DNA of 36,078 nt from a bacterium. GTDB lineage: Bacteria > T1Sed10-126. Shown in pieces: positions 27,303 through 35,537 of the stretch (position 1 is the stretch's first letter; every line of letters begins with the position of its first letter). The translations under genes and the position numbers were made by a program. The stretch covers positions 1-36,078 of the forward strand of contig JBNJDC010000001.1 in NCBI GenBank assembly GCA_051744565.1, in the 5' to 3' direction. Under the pieces are notes generated by a model. The model did no database searches. It had not been told where the DNA came from and saw only the letters and a list, made by a program, of their open reading frames with translations.

Positions 27303-28343
27303 TTGTTTCAACCTGTTGATTATATTTATAGTTTATTTTCTAATGATATGGGGATAGACCTTGGAACTGCCAATACCCTGGTCTATGTTAAAGGAAAAGG
27401 AGTGGTTCTGCGCGAGCCCTCAATCGTGGCAATTGATGATGACACTGATAAAGTCCTGGCAGTTGGTAACAAGGCCAAAAAAATGATCGGGCGCACTCCG
27501 GCCAAAATAAGGGCCCTGCGGCCGCTTAAGGACGGAGTTATTGCCGATTTTGATGTTACGGAAAAAATGATCAGGTATTTTATTGACAAAGTCCATAATA
27601 GAAGAAAATTTGTCAGCCCCCGGATGGTTATTGGAGTACCCTATGGTGTAACAGAAGTGGAAAAAAGGGCGGTAATGGAGTCCGGAGAACACGCCGGGGC
27701 CCGGGAAATACACATTATAGAAGAACCGCTGGCGGCTGCTATCGGTGCGGAAATGCCCGTGTATGAACCGGCGGGGAATATGGTTGTGGACATTGGCGGG
27801 GGAACTACTGAAGTTGCAGTGATTTCCATGGGGGGGATGGTTGTGGCCCGCTCGGTCCGCGTGGGCGGGGACGAGATGGATACGGCCATAAACAGTTATT
27901 TGCGGGAAAATTATGGTTTGATGGTTGGGGATCGAACCAGCGAGGAAGTGAAAATGGAAATCGGGTCAGCTTTTCCGGCAAAAGAATTTGATGAACTGGA
28001 ATATGAAATTCGCGGCCGTGATTTAGAATCCGGACTTCCCAAGACTTTAACAATTACCGGGGAAGAAATCAGGGAGGCCCTGGATGAACCGGTAGAAACT
28101 ATTATAAAAAGTATTAAAACCACCCTTGAAGAGACTCCCCCGGAACTGTCGGCGGATATTACTGATCGGGGTATAGTTGTGGTGGGTGGAGGAGCCAAGT
28201 TGAAAGGAATTGATCGCTTGATCAGCAAACATACTTCGCTGCCCGTAACTATTACAGAAGATCCCTTGACCTGTGTTGTCCGCGGAACCGGTCTTTACCT
28301 CCAGGAAATGAAACGGGTTCAGGAGGAAAACGAAGCTAATTAA
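27303..28343 (+). CDS. mreB: Rod shape-determining protein MreB
   Basis: It has [53 protein letters not shown] and [15 protein letters not shown] 27303 lies 9 nt after AGGAG. The track start at 27123 is inside the TPR gene. Confidence 0.93.
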   Translation: MFQPVDYIYSLFSNDMGIDLGTANTLVYVKGKGVVLREPSIVAIDDDTDKVLAVGNKAKKMIGRTPAKIRALRPLKDGVIADFDVTEKMIRYFIDKVHNRRKFVSPRMVIGVPYGVTEVEKRAVMESGEHAGAREIHIIEEPLAAAIGAEMPVYEPAGNMVVDIGGGTTEVAVISMGGMVVARSVRVGGDEMDTAINSYLRENYGLMVGDRTSEEVKMEIGSAFPAKEFDELEYEIRGRDLESGLPKTLTITGEEIREALDEPVETIIKSIKTTLEETPPELSADITDRGIVVVGGGAKLKGIDRLISKHTSLPVTITEDPLTCVVRGTGLYLQEMKRVQEENEAN

Positions 28344-28514
28344 ATTTGGTAAAACTACCGGTAAATTCTGGTTAATTGAATGCTCCGGCAGAAATTTTCT
28401 TCCCCGCAGCCGCCCTTTAGATATTTTTCGAAAGGTTTTTAATTGCTGGAAGAACGCCGGCAACGGGATAAAAAAGGACAATTTTTTTGAAAAAGAATTA
28501 ATTCGTGCTGGTCG

Positions 28515-29339
28515 GTGCTCCCGTCGATGAGCCAGAAAAACTGGATTTATTATGCGGTTTATTTTTTATTTGCCGTCGGTCTGTTATTCTTTGAAACGGC
28601 CTGGGGGGTGGCTCCTCATTATTATTTTCAACCTGCCGTTGGCTATATAAATGATTCCTATAATTTTACTTTAGAAACGGTTGATCGGTTGTATTCGGGG
28701 ATTAAAAGCCGGCGCAGTTTGCTTCAGAAACTTGATAATCTCAGGAAAGTTGAAAAAAAATACCAGGATTTAAAGATTAAGAACCGCCAGTTGCAGGCAG
28801 ATAACCGTTTATTGCGCCGCCAGCTTACGCTTCCCGAACATAATTTTGATCGTTTGATTGGAGCCCGGGTAATTCAGCAGAACTTAACCGGCTGGGAGCG
28901 CACCATTCGGTTGAATAAAGGGTATAATTCCGGCCTGCAGGCGGATGTGCCTGTTTTTGAAGCCCGGGCTGATACCTGGATATTGCGGGGTAGAATACAG
29001 GCGGTTGCTCCCCGGGTGAGCCGGGTGATTTTGCCTACCGATCCTCGCTTTAAAATAGGGGTAAAAATCGAGGGCATACCCGACCGTCAGTTTATTCTCC
29101 GGGGCGAAGGTCATCAAACTCTTACAATAAGTCAGTTTCCAGAATACCTTTCTCTTGCCGGGGGCGAAAAAGTATATACAGCACCGGCCAGTTCACTTTC
29201 CCCGCCCCGGTTATTGATCGGCAAGGTACGAAAAATAAAAACAGCTTCAGGTGCTCGTTCGGCCGAGGAAGTGGTTGTTGAACCGGCCGGTTATAACAAA
29301 TTCCCTCGTTTTTTGTGGGTGTTAATTGGTAATGGTTGA
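28515..29339 (+). CDS. mreC: Rod shape-determining protein MreC
   Basis: It has a TM (WIYYAVYFLFAVGLLFF) and a coiled coil (LLQKLDNLRKVEKKYQDLKIKNRQLQADNRLLRRQL), followed by a beta-rich domain. It lies between mreB and mreD. The start is GTG 28515 or ATG 28527. Confidence 0.85.
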   Translation: MLPSMSQKNWIYYAVYFLFAVGLLFFETAWGVAPHYYFQPAVGYINDSYNFTLETVDRLYSGIKSRRSLLQKLDNLRKVEKKYQDLKIKNRQLQADNRLLRRQLTLPEHNFDRLIGARVIQQNLTGWERTIRLNKGYNSGLQADVPVFEARADTWILRGRIQAVAPRVSRVILPTDPRFKIGVKIEGIPDRQFILRGEGHQTLTISQFPEYLSLAGGEKVYTAPASSLSPPRLLIGKVRKIKTASGARSAEEVVVEPAGYNKFPRFLWVLIGNG

Positions 29340-29787
29340 AGTATTAACTCTTCTTGTTTTATATATTTGTGACTGGTTGCTTGAATTTATTGGGATAGGG
29401 GGCTTCTTGTTGCTTCTTTTTCCCCTCTTTCTTTTCTTTCGCAGTTATTCAACACCAAAAATATTATTTGGCGGGTTGGTTGCCGGATTACTGGCTGAAA
29501 TGATTCATGGCTACCTGGCGGGGAGTTTATTGATTGGCCTGGGAGTGGCAATACTAGCTGTCCAGGCAACTAAACCTTTTATACAGTGGCAACTGTTTAC
29601 CATTCGGGGACTGGGGATTGTAGTGTTTTTAATTATAGTATTTTTCCTTCGCGGGGCAGTTATATTTGTTCTGGGCGGCGCGGTGGTCCCCCCTGATCTT
29701 TCCGCCCTGGTTATGACATTTTTAGCGGGATTTATTATATTACCGGTTATTAATTATTTTAATTCCGGCTCAATTCACAGGCTATAA
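29332..29787 (+). CDS. mreD: Rod shape-determining protein MreD
   Basis: This is a small polytopic membrane protein directly after mreC. The ATG overlaps the mreC stop. The call rests on position and hydrophobicity. Confidence 0.7.
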   Translation: MVEVLTLLVLYICDWLLEFIGIGGFLLLLFPLFLFFRSYSTPKILFGGLVAGLLAEMIHGYLAGSLLIGLGVAILAVQATKPFIQWQLFTIRGLGIVVFLIIVFFLRGAVIFVLGGAVVPPDLSALVMTFLAGFIILPVINYFNSGSIHRL

Positions 29788-29790
29788 AAA

Positions 29791-31611
29791 ATGAATAATC
29801 AGCAAAAAGAAAATGATTTGACCCGGCGTCTCTCACCTTTATACCTGATATTTATAGCGTTTTTAATTTTGATTTTTGGCCGAATTTTATATCTGCAGAT
29901 CACCCGGGGGGAAGATTTCAAAAGACTCAGCGAAGTGAATAGAATTCGCCATGAGAAAATTCCCGCCCGGCGGGGAATAATCAGGGATTATACCGGAAAA
30001 ATTGTTGCGGCTGATGAACCTATACCCCATCTGGTCAAGAATAGTCGCCGGGTGAACCTTCCTTTGCATCGGCTGATTAAACTGGCAAACGGCCTGGAAC
30101 TTGCCAGAGATAAGCTGGAGGATAAACTGCTTAATTCTCACCGCCGGATAATAATACGAGGTTTGAACGAAGAACAACAGATCTGGTTTGAAGAGCATGC
30201 GCATTATTTTTCTGACTTGAAAGTAAGAAATTATCCCCATCGGGTTTATCGTTACGACGAGGCTATGGCTCCGGTGGTGGGCTATACCGGGGAAATAGAT
30301 AAAAAAGAGCTGCAGTCGAGACGGGGCCAGGGTCTTTCCCAGGGCGATATAGTGGGCAAGGGCGGGATTGAGTATTATTATGATTCGCAACTTAGGGGCA
30401 ATGAAGGACTGCGCTGGATAGAAGTGTCGGCAACAGGGGAGTTTATTCGTGAACTGTCCTCCCCCCGATCAATACCTCCTTCGTCCGGGCGTGATTTACA
30501 GCTTGCCGTGGATGTTCGCCTCCAGAAAAAAATTCACAAGAGTTTTACCGGTGACTCCGGTGGGGCGGCAGTTGTAATGGAAATCCCCAGCGGCCGGGTA
30601 CGTGCTTTTTACAGCCATCCTTCCTATGATCCTAATAATCTGATTTTCGGGGACGATGAGACAATTCACAGTTTGCTGCGAGCAAAAAATGATCCCCTGC
30701 ACAACAGAATAACCCGGGGGCGTTTTCCGCCTGGTTCCACATTCAAAATAATTCCATACGCGGCGGTATTAGCAGCAAAAAAATTTAATCCCGGTCATAT
30801 TTTTAACTGTGACGGGAAGTTAAAATACGGTGATCATACTTTTCGCTGCTGGGAAGAAGATGGGCACGGGCGCTTGAATTTGCACCGGGCCCTGGTTCAC
30901 TCCTGTAATGTATATTTTTATAAACTGGTTCAGAAGCTGGGCTATAAACCGGTATTGAAATTTGCTCGGAAATTAAATTACAACAGGAAAACGGGGATAG
31001 ATTTTCCGCGGGAATTGAAACCCCAGCTTTCTTCTCCGCGGTTGAAAAAAAATTATACCACCGAGGACTGGACCGGCGGGGACGAGGTAAATGCAATTAT
31101 CGGCCAGGGTTATACCCTTGTTACCCCGATTAAGCAGGCTCAGCTGTTTGCTTCCCTGTTGACGGGCAAATTAATTGTACCCCGGCTTAATAATAATCGT
31201 CCCTCGAAGCATAAGAAAACCTCCCTGGATACAGGCATCTATCGGAAAAAAATGGTGGAAACACTGGGAAGAGTCGTGGAGGAGGGAACCGGTTACTGGG
31301 CCCAGCACGACACATCTTATCAAAAAATTGCCCCCGAAATAATTGGGAAAACCGGCACAGTGCAAAAAATAAAGGTGGATGATGAATCAGATTCTTCTTC
31401 TCCGGACGCCTGGTTTGTTTCGGCGGCTCCCCGGGATAATCCCCGTTATGTTGTTGTTGTTTATCTGGACGGGAAGGGAACCGGGGGCGAGGTTGCAGCT
31501 CCGCGTGCCCGCCAAATATACAGGAAAATGCACCACCTTGGTTATTTTAATCGGAATCAGAACGGTGAAAAAAAAGAAAACGAACAAACCACAGGGGGCG
31601 ACGAAGCATAA
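29791..31611 (+). CDS. mrdA: Penicillin-binding protein 2 (elongasome D,D-transpeptidase)
   Basis: It has an N-terminal TM and the SxxK motif (PGSTFKI), the SxN motif (HSCNVYF) and the KTG motif (GKTGTVQ). It sits in the mreBCD-mrdA-rodA order. Confidence 0.93.
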   Translation: MNNQQKENDLTRRLSPLYLIFIAFLILIFGRILYLQITRGEDFKRLSEVNRIRHEKIPARRGIIRDYTGKIVAADEPIPHLVKNSRRVNLPLHRLIKLANGLELARDKLEDKLLNSHRRIIIRGLNEEQQIWFEEHAHYFSDLKVRNYPHRVYRYDEAMAPVVGYTGEIDKKELQSRRGQGLSQGDIVGKGGIEYYYDSQLRGNEGLRWIEVSATGEFIRELSSPRSIPPSSGRDLQLAVDVRLQKKIHKSFTGDSGGAAVVMEIPSGRVRAFYSHPSYDPNNLIFGDDETIHSLLRAKNDPLHNRITRGRFPPGSTFKIIPYAAVLAAKKFNPGHIFNCDGKLKYGDHTFRCWEEDGHGRLNLHRALVHSCNVYFYKLVQKLGYKPVLKFARKLNYNRKTGIDFPRELKPQLSSPRLKKNYTTEDWTGGDEVNAIIGQGYTLVTPIKQAQLFASLLTGKLIVPRLNNNRPSKHKKTSLDTGIYRKKMVETLGRVVEEGTGYWAQHDTSYQKIAPEIIGKTGTVQKIKVDDESDSSSPDAWFVSAAPRDNPRYVVVVYLDGKGTGGEVAAPRARQIYRKMHHLGYFNRNQNGEKKENEQTTGGDEA

Positions 31612-31612
31612 A

Positions 31613-32926
31613 ATGCCCCGGCGAATAGCTGCTATTTCTTCTGTAATAGTGGCCCTTATCTTATCGGTTATAGGTATTTTCTTAATTTACAGCGCAACCC
31701 GGCGAGTATATGGCTATGAAATGGCCCTGCGCCAGATGATATGGATTTTTATTGGCCTGAGCGGAGCAATTATAATCAATTACTTCTCCCGGCGGCAGTT
31801 GTATAGAAGTTCCGCTCTTTTGTATTTTGGAGGGATTATTTTACTGATAACCACGTTATTTATGGGGGTGAATATTCGCGGGGAAAGAAGCTGGTTGGAC
31901 CTGGGGTTGTTTCATATTCAGCCGGCGGAAATTTTGAAACTTTTCTCGCTTATGCTGCTGGCTGTGGTCGCTAAAAAGTATTCCCGGGAGAAGCTCAGTC
32001 GCCTGCAGTGTATAGGTCTGTCTGGATTAATTTTGTTTTTTCCATTCCTGATAATTTTAATAAAAGGGGACACGGGGACTGCCCTGATATACTTTTTATT
32101 TTTTATAGGCTGGCTGTTTATCCTTGGCTTCTGGCGGGAAGGATTGTTCTTTGTCCTGGCCGCGGCGGGAGGAATTGGCGGGCTTCTGGGCAGAATAGTT
32201 TTTCCGGCTAAATTTGGCTGGCTGGTTGGAATTTTGACTTCACAGGTTAGCACCGGAGTTGTAATTTTCTGGATAATTATTACCGGGCTCCTAATTTATT
32301 TTGCCGGAGTAGTCTATCGAATTTCGGGTAAAATGCCCGTCAGTGCGATGGTGGTTGTAGCCTTAGTATGTCTGGTGGCCGGGGGGGCAATCTTTAATTA
32401 TTTGCCCGATCATCAGCGCGGACGTCTGGAAATATATGTCAATCCGGCCCGTTCGCCCCTGGACAGTGGTTACCACGTCACCCAGGCCCGCATTGCCGTG
32501 GGGGCAGGTGGGTTATTTGGCCAGGGTTACCTGCAGGGGACACAGAGTCAGCTTGGTTTTATCCCGGAATTATGGACCGATTTCATTTTTACCCTGGCAA
32601 TTGAAGAACTCGGGCTTACGCTTGGGTTTATAATTTTGTTACTTTTTGGTCTGCTGGTTTATGGTACGCTGTCAACGGCTGTTTTTGCTGAAAATTGGTG
32701 GGATTTTTACGTTTGCTCCGGAGTGGCGCTTATCTGGATGCTGCATATTATGATTAATCTTGGTTTTTCGCTGGAATTGCTACCCGTGGTTGGGCTGCCG
32801 CTGCCTTATGTGAGTTATGGGGGGAGTTTCATGGTGACCAACTGGCTGGCGCTTGGACTGGTCATTGCCCTGAGTCAACGTCGCCGGGGTCTGGGGTATT
32901 TAAATTCTCGTATAAATTTCCGGTAA
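31613..32926 (+). CDS. rodA: SEDS-family peptidoglycan glycosyltransferase RodA
   Basis: It has SATRRVYG..., HIQPAEILKL, GDTGTALIY and GFIPELWTDFIFTLAIEELG. ATG 31613 lies 2 nt after the mrdA stop. The track start at 31379 is inside mrdA. Confidence 0.9.
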   Translation: MPRRIAAISSVIVALILSVIGIFLIYSATRRVYGYEMALRQMIWIFIGLSGAIIINYFSRRQLYRSSALLYFGGIILLITTLFMGVNIRGERSWLDLGLFHIQPAEILKLFSLMLLAVVAKKYSREKLSRLQCIGLSGLILFFPFLIILIKGDTGTALIYFLFFIGWLFILGFWREGLFFVLAAAGGIGGLLGRIVFPAKFGWLVGILTSQVSTGVVIFWIIITGLLIYFAGVVYRISGKMPVSAMVVVALVCLVAGGAIFNYLPDHQRGRLEIYVNPARSPLDSGYHVTQARIAVGAGGLFGQGYLQGTQSQLGFIPELWTDFIFTLAIEELGLTLGFIILLLFGLLVYGTLSTAVFAENWWDFYVCSGVALIWMLHIMINLGFSLELLPVVGLPLPYVSYGGSFMVTNWLALGLVIALSQRRRGLGYLNSRINFR

Positions 32927-33043
32927 AAAATAGTTTTTTCTGAAAGGAGTCATTCCAGGTTTGGGGAGATTCGGCGGAAGATGTTTTTTAGAATAACAAT
33001 TTAATTATTATATCTAAGAGTTCCCCCTGAGAGGGGAAAAAGG

Positions 33044-33072
33044 TTGTGGAATTGTGGCAATTTTAATATAAT
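33044..33072 (+). promoter_or_regulatory. Candidate sigma70 promoter for tRNA-Thr (TTGTGG-17 nt-TATAAT)
   Basis: The -35 is at 33044-33049 and a perfect -10 is at 33067-33072, 15 nt upstream of the tRNA 5' end. Confidence 0.45.
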
Positions 33073-33086
33073 CCTTGATTCCTGAG

Positions 33087-33163
33087 GCCGAGGTAGCTCA
33101 GCCAGGCAGAGCGCGTCCATGGTAAGGATGAGGTCGTGGGTTCGAATCCCATCCTCGGCTCCA
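33087..33163 (+). tRNA. tRNA-Thr (anticodon GGU), CCA encoded
   Basis: It folds by hand into a cloverleaf. The acceptor is GCCGAGG/CCUCGGC, the D stem GCUC/GAGC and the anticodon stem CGUCC/GGAUG with loop AUGGUAA. The T arm is GUGGG-UUCGAAU-CCCAU, the discriminator is U, and CCA follows. Confidence 0.92.
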
Positions 33164-33218
33164 TTTTATAAGTGAGGTCAACGAAGAAGAAGATAAGAGC
33201 TAAATTGAAAAATAAATT

Positions 33219-33248
33219 TTGACAAACCCACGCCCCGGCTGTTATACT
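33219..33248 (+). promoter_or_regulatory. Candidate sigma70 promoter (TTGACA-18 nt-TATACT) upstream of tRNA-Trp/secE/nusG
   Basis: A perfect -35 is at 33219-33224 and the -10 TATACT is at 33243-33248. It lies about 110 nt upstream of tRNA-Trp. Confidence 0.45.
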
Positions 33249-33364
33249 CTTTTTTTACCAGCGGGAAGCAGGGGGAAGGTGTGTGTATATAAAATAGCAG
33301 GTGGCCTGAAGTTTTACTTCTTCACTCTGCCGGATTACTTCAAAATTTTAAAAAATATATAAAT

Positions 33365-33441
33365 AGGCCCGTAGCTCGAACTGGCAGAGCGCCGGACTCC
33401 AAATCCGGAGGCTCCGGGTTCGACTCCCGGCGGGCCTGCCA
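33365..33441 (+). tRNA. tRNA-Trp (anticodon CCA), CCA encoded
   Basis: The acceptor is AGGCCCG/CGGGCCU, the D stem GCUC/GAGC and the anticodon stem CCGGA/UCCGG with loop CUCCAAA. The T arm is CCGGG-UUCGACU-CCCGG, the discriminator is G, and CCA follows. tRNA-Trp-secE-nusG is the classical arrangement. Confidence 0.92.
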
Positions 33442-33502
33442 TGTGTAATAGTATGGGCTTTTTAGGACCTGGATTTAATCGGAAAGGTTGGGCTGTTAAG
33501 GC

Positions 33503-33709
33503 ATGTTCAAGTGGTATAAAAAATTAAAAAAATTCTTATATGAAGTCTGGCTTGAAGCGCGCCCCGGTGGCCGGGTTAACTGGCCCAGCAAGAGTAAATT
33601 ATTGGAATCCACTCTTTTGGTCCTGGTATGTGCCTTTATATTTATGGTTTACGTGGGATTGCTTGACCTTATTTTTGGTCAGATTTTTATATTTTTAACC
33701 GGGGCCTAA
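33503..33709 (+). CDS. secE: Preprotein translocase subunit SecE
   Basis: The 68-aa protein has KFLYEVWLEARPGGRVNWPSKSKLLESTLLVLVCAFIFMVYVGLLD. It is a single C-terminal TM and lies directly upstream of nusG. Confidence 0.9.
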   Translation: MFKWYKKLKKFLYEVWLEARPGGRVNWPSKSKLLESTLLVLVCAFIFMVYVGLLDLIFGQIFIFLTGA

Positions 33710-33739
33710 TAATAATTATCCTTTCGGGAGCGATTTTTA

Positions 33740-34327
33740 ATGGTAAATGAAACTGAATCTTCTGCATCTGCCGCTGATGAACAGGCGGATGCGGAAGATA
33801 AAGATGGAATGAACTGGTATATATTGCATACGTTTGCCGGTCAGGAGCAAAAAATCAGAGACCGTCTTCTTGACCGGGTGGAAGAAGAAGGATATGAAGA
33901 TGTGGTTGATGAAGTGGTTGTCCCCACGCGGGAAGTAATGGAAATAAAAGGGAAAGAAAAACAGGAAGTGGAAAAACAGCTTTATCCCGGTTATATATTT
34001 ATTCGGATGGAAATGTCGGAAGACAACTGGCATTTTATCCGACAGACCCGGGGGGTAACGGGATTTGTAGGGACACAGATGAACCCGATTCCTGTTGAAG
34101 AAACAGAAATGAGCGAAGTTCTTTCCCAGATCGGCGAAGAGGGCGGCGAACCCGAAGTTGAATTTAGTGACGGAGATACCGTCCGGATAATTTCCGGTGC
34201 CATGGAAGAGATGACCGGGACAGTTAATGAAGTGGATATAGAAAAAGCCAAGCTTCACGTATCGGTTGATATGTTTGGCCGGTCAACGCCCGTTGAGTTG
34301 AATTTTGATCAAGCAGAGAAGTTGTAA
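33740..34327 (+). CDS. nusG: Transcription termination/antitermination factor NusG
   Basis: The NGN domain is NWYILHTFAGQEQKI...VVVPT and the KOW motif is GDTVRIISGAMEEMTGTVNEVD. A ~23-aa acidic N-terminal extension is present. Confidence 0.95.
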   Translation: MVNETESSASAADEQADAEDKDGMNWYILHTFAGQEQKIRDRLLDRVEEEGYEDVVDEVVVPTREVMEIKGKEKQEVEKQLYPGYIFIRMEMSEDNWHFIRQTRGVTGFVGTQMNPIPVEETEMSEVLSQIGEEGGEPEVEFSDGDTVRIISGAMEEMTGTVNEVDIEKAKLHVSVDMFGRSTPVELNFDQAEKL

Positions 34328-34355
34328 AAATATTTTGAAATGATGAGGGTTTAAA

Positions 34356-34805
34356 ATGGCAGACAAACCAGTTGAAGCAGAGATAAAACTTCAAATCCCG
34401 GCTGGACAGGCAGAGCCGTCCCCGCCGGTTGGACCCGCGCTTGGACAGCACGGGGTTAATATTATGGAGTTCTGTAATGCGTTTAATGAAAAGACAAGTG
34501 AACATGAAACCGGGATCTTGATTCCGGTTGAAATCACGGTTTACCAGGACAGAAGTTTTGAGTTTATCACAAAAACTCCCCCCGCCTCTGTTCTTCTCAA
34601 GCGTAAAGCTGGACTGGTGTCCGGCTCGGGAGAACCTAACAAAAATAAAGTGGGTTCGGTAAGCCAGGCAGATGTAAAAGATATTGCTGAAACTAAGTTA
34701 CCCGACCTAAACGCTTATGATGTTGAGGCGGCAATGAAGATTGTTGCCGGAACGGCGCGAAGTATGGGAATTGAAATTGAAGGAGTTCAGGAAGATGACA
34801 ACTAA
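34356..34805 (+). CDS. rplK: 50S ribosomal protein L11
   Basis: It has [34 protein letters not shown] and [19 protein letters not shown]. Confidence 0.97.
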   Translation: MADKPVEAEIKLQIPAGQAEPSPPVGPALGQHGVNIMEFCNAFNEKTSEHETGILIPVEITVYQDRSFEFITKTPPASVLLKRKAGLVSGSGEPNKNKVGSVSQADVKDIAETKLPDLNAYDVEAAMKIVAGTARSMGIEIEGVQEDDN

Positions 34806-35508
34806 AAATAAAAGCAAGCGTTATCAAGAACTTGAGGAAAAAGTGCAGTCCGGTTCTTACTCGGATCTGAAAGAGGCGGTCCAGGCCGTTAAGAAGGTGG
34901 CGACCGCTGATTTTGCGGAAACAGTTGAATGCCATGTGCGCTTGAATATCGATCCCGCCCAGGCTGACCAGCAGTTTCGCGCTTCACTTGTTTTGCCCCA
35001 TGGAACGGGCCAGGAAACTCGCGTTATAGTTTTTGCCCGGGGAGAAAAAGTTAAAGAAGCGGAAGAAGCCGGTGTTACCGCGGTTGGCGCGGACGATTTG
35101 ATTGAAAAAATACAGGATGGCTGGCTGGAATTTGATCAGGCCGTAGCCACTCCCGATATGATGAGCGATGTAAGCGTCCTGGGGCCGGTTCTTGGCCCGC
35201 GGGGGTTGATGCCCAATAATAAAGCCGGAACGGTTACGTTTGACGTTGCGGATGTTGTTGAAAAGTTAAAAAAAGGACAGATGGAACTGCGTAACGATCA
35301 GTATGGAATTATCCATACAATTGTTGGCATAGATGAAATGACAGCAGATGAGCTGCGGGATAACCTTCAGGCAGTGTTGAAATTTATAGTTGAAGAGCGC
35401 CCCGCTGGAGTAAAAGGACAGGGACAGTATCTTGATTCAATTGTTATTACGCCCACCATGGGCCCGTCGGTAAAAATTGACCCGGCTGCTGCCTGGGACC
35501 TGCTTTAA
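34795..35508 (+). CDS. rplA: 50S ribosomal protein L1
   Basis: It has KRYQEL...[15 protein letters not shown]...[15 protein letters not shown] and [19 protein letters not shown] 34795 overlaps the rplK stop by 11 nt. The track start at 34741 is a TTG inside rplK. Confidence 0.95.
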   Translation: MTTKNKSKRYQELEEKVQSGSYSDLKEAVQAVKKVATADFAETVECHVRLNIDPAQADQQFRASLVLPHGTGQETRVIVFARGEKVKEAEEAGVTAVGADDLIEKIQDGWLEFDQAVATPDMMSDVSVLGPVLGPRGLMPNNKAGTVTFDVADVVEKLKKGQMELRNDQYGIIHTIVGIDEMTADELRDNLQAVLKFIVEERPAGVKGQGQYLDSIVITPTMGPSVKIDPAAAWDLL

Positions 35509-35537
35509 TTGGACCTGAGTTTTAAGGAGGAACAGAA

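Noticed and set aside
28047-28481. A 144-aa minus-strand ORF starting in the mreB-mreC gap.
   Set aside because: It is almost entirely antisense to the strongly supported mreB 3' end. Its sequence is low-complexity and Phe/Leu/Pro-rich, with no SD. This is a typical shadow ORF.
28443-28490. A 15-codon ORF in frame with mreC and separated by one TGA, considered as evidence of an mreC frameshift or readthrough.
   Set aside because: The annotated MreC already has a complete short cytoplasmic N-terminus, a TM and a coiled coil. No extension is needed.
29887-30390. A 167-aa minus-strand ORF, along with other antisense or alternative-frame ORFs such as 105-503, 557-868, 1424-1747, 2202-2564, 4204-4512, 4208-4579, 20491-20868, 25507-25809 and 27911-28228.
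   Set aside because: All are embedded in well-supported genes (mrdA, ispA, dxs, recN, lptD, the ppiD-like gene, mreB) on the other strand or in another frame. None has recognisable motifs.
31379-31612. Long N-terminal extensions in the track ORFs for rodA (31379), mreB (27123), rplA (34741), nadD (14720), yqeK (14134), ispA (201) and tlyA (3043).
   Set aside because: These extensions run inside the preceding gene and start at alternative codons. Family-typical N-termini and SD positions support the shorter starts I give.
33021-33038. A hairpin TTCCCC-CTGAGA-GGGGAA downstream of rodA, considered as an intrinsic terminator.
   Set aside because: It is followed by an A-run on the plus strand and has no T-run on either strand. 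At best it is a 3' stabilising hairpin.
33172-33204. A short ORF (VRSTKKKIRA) after tRNA-Thr, considered as a remnant of rpmG (L33) or tuf.
   Set aside because: It is only about 10 codons, lacks the Cys motifs of L33 and shows no similarity to EF-Tu.
33737-34258. A 173-aa minus-strand ORF.
   Set aside because: It is fully antisense to nusG. Its composition (runs of F/H/I) is typical of the antisense frame of an acidic gene.
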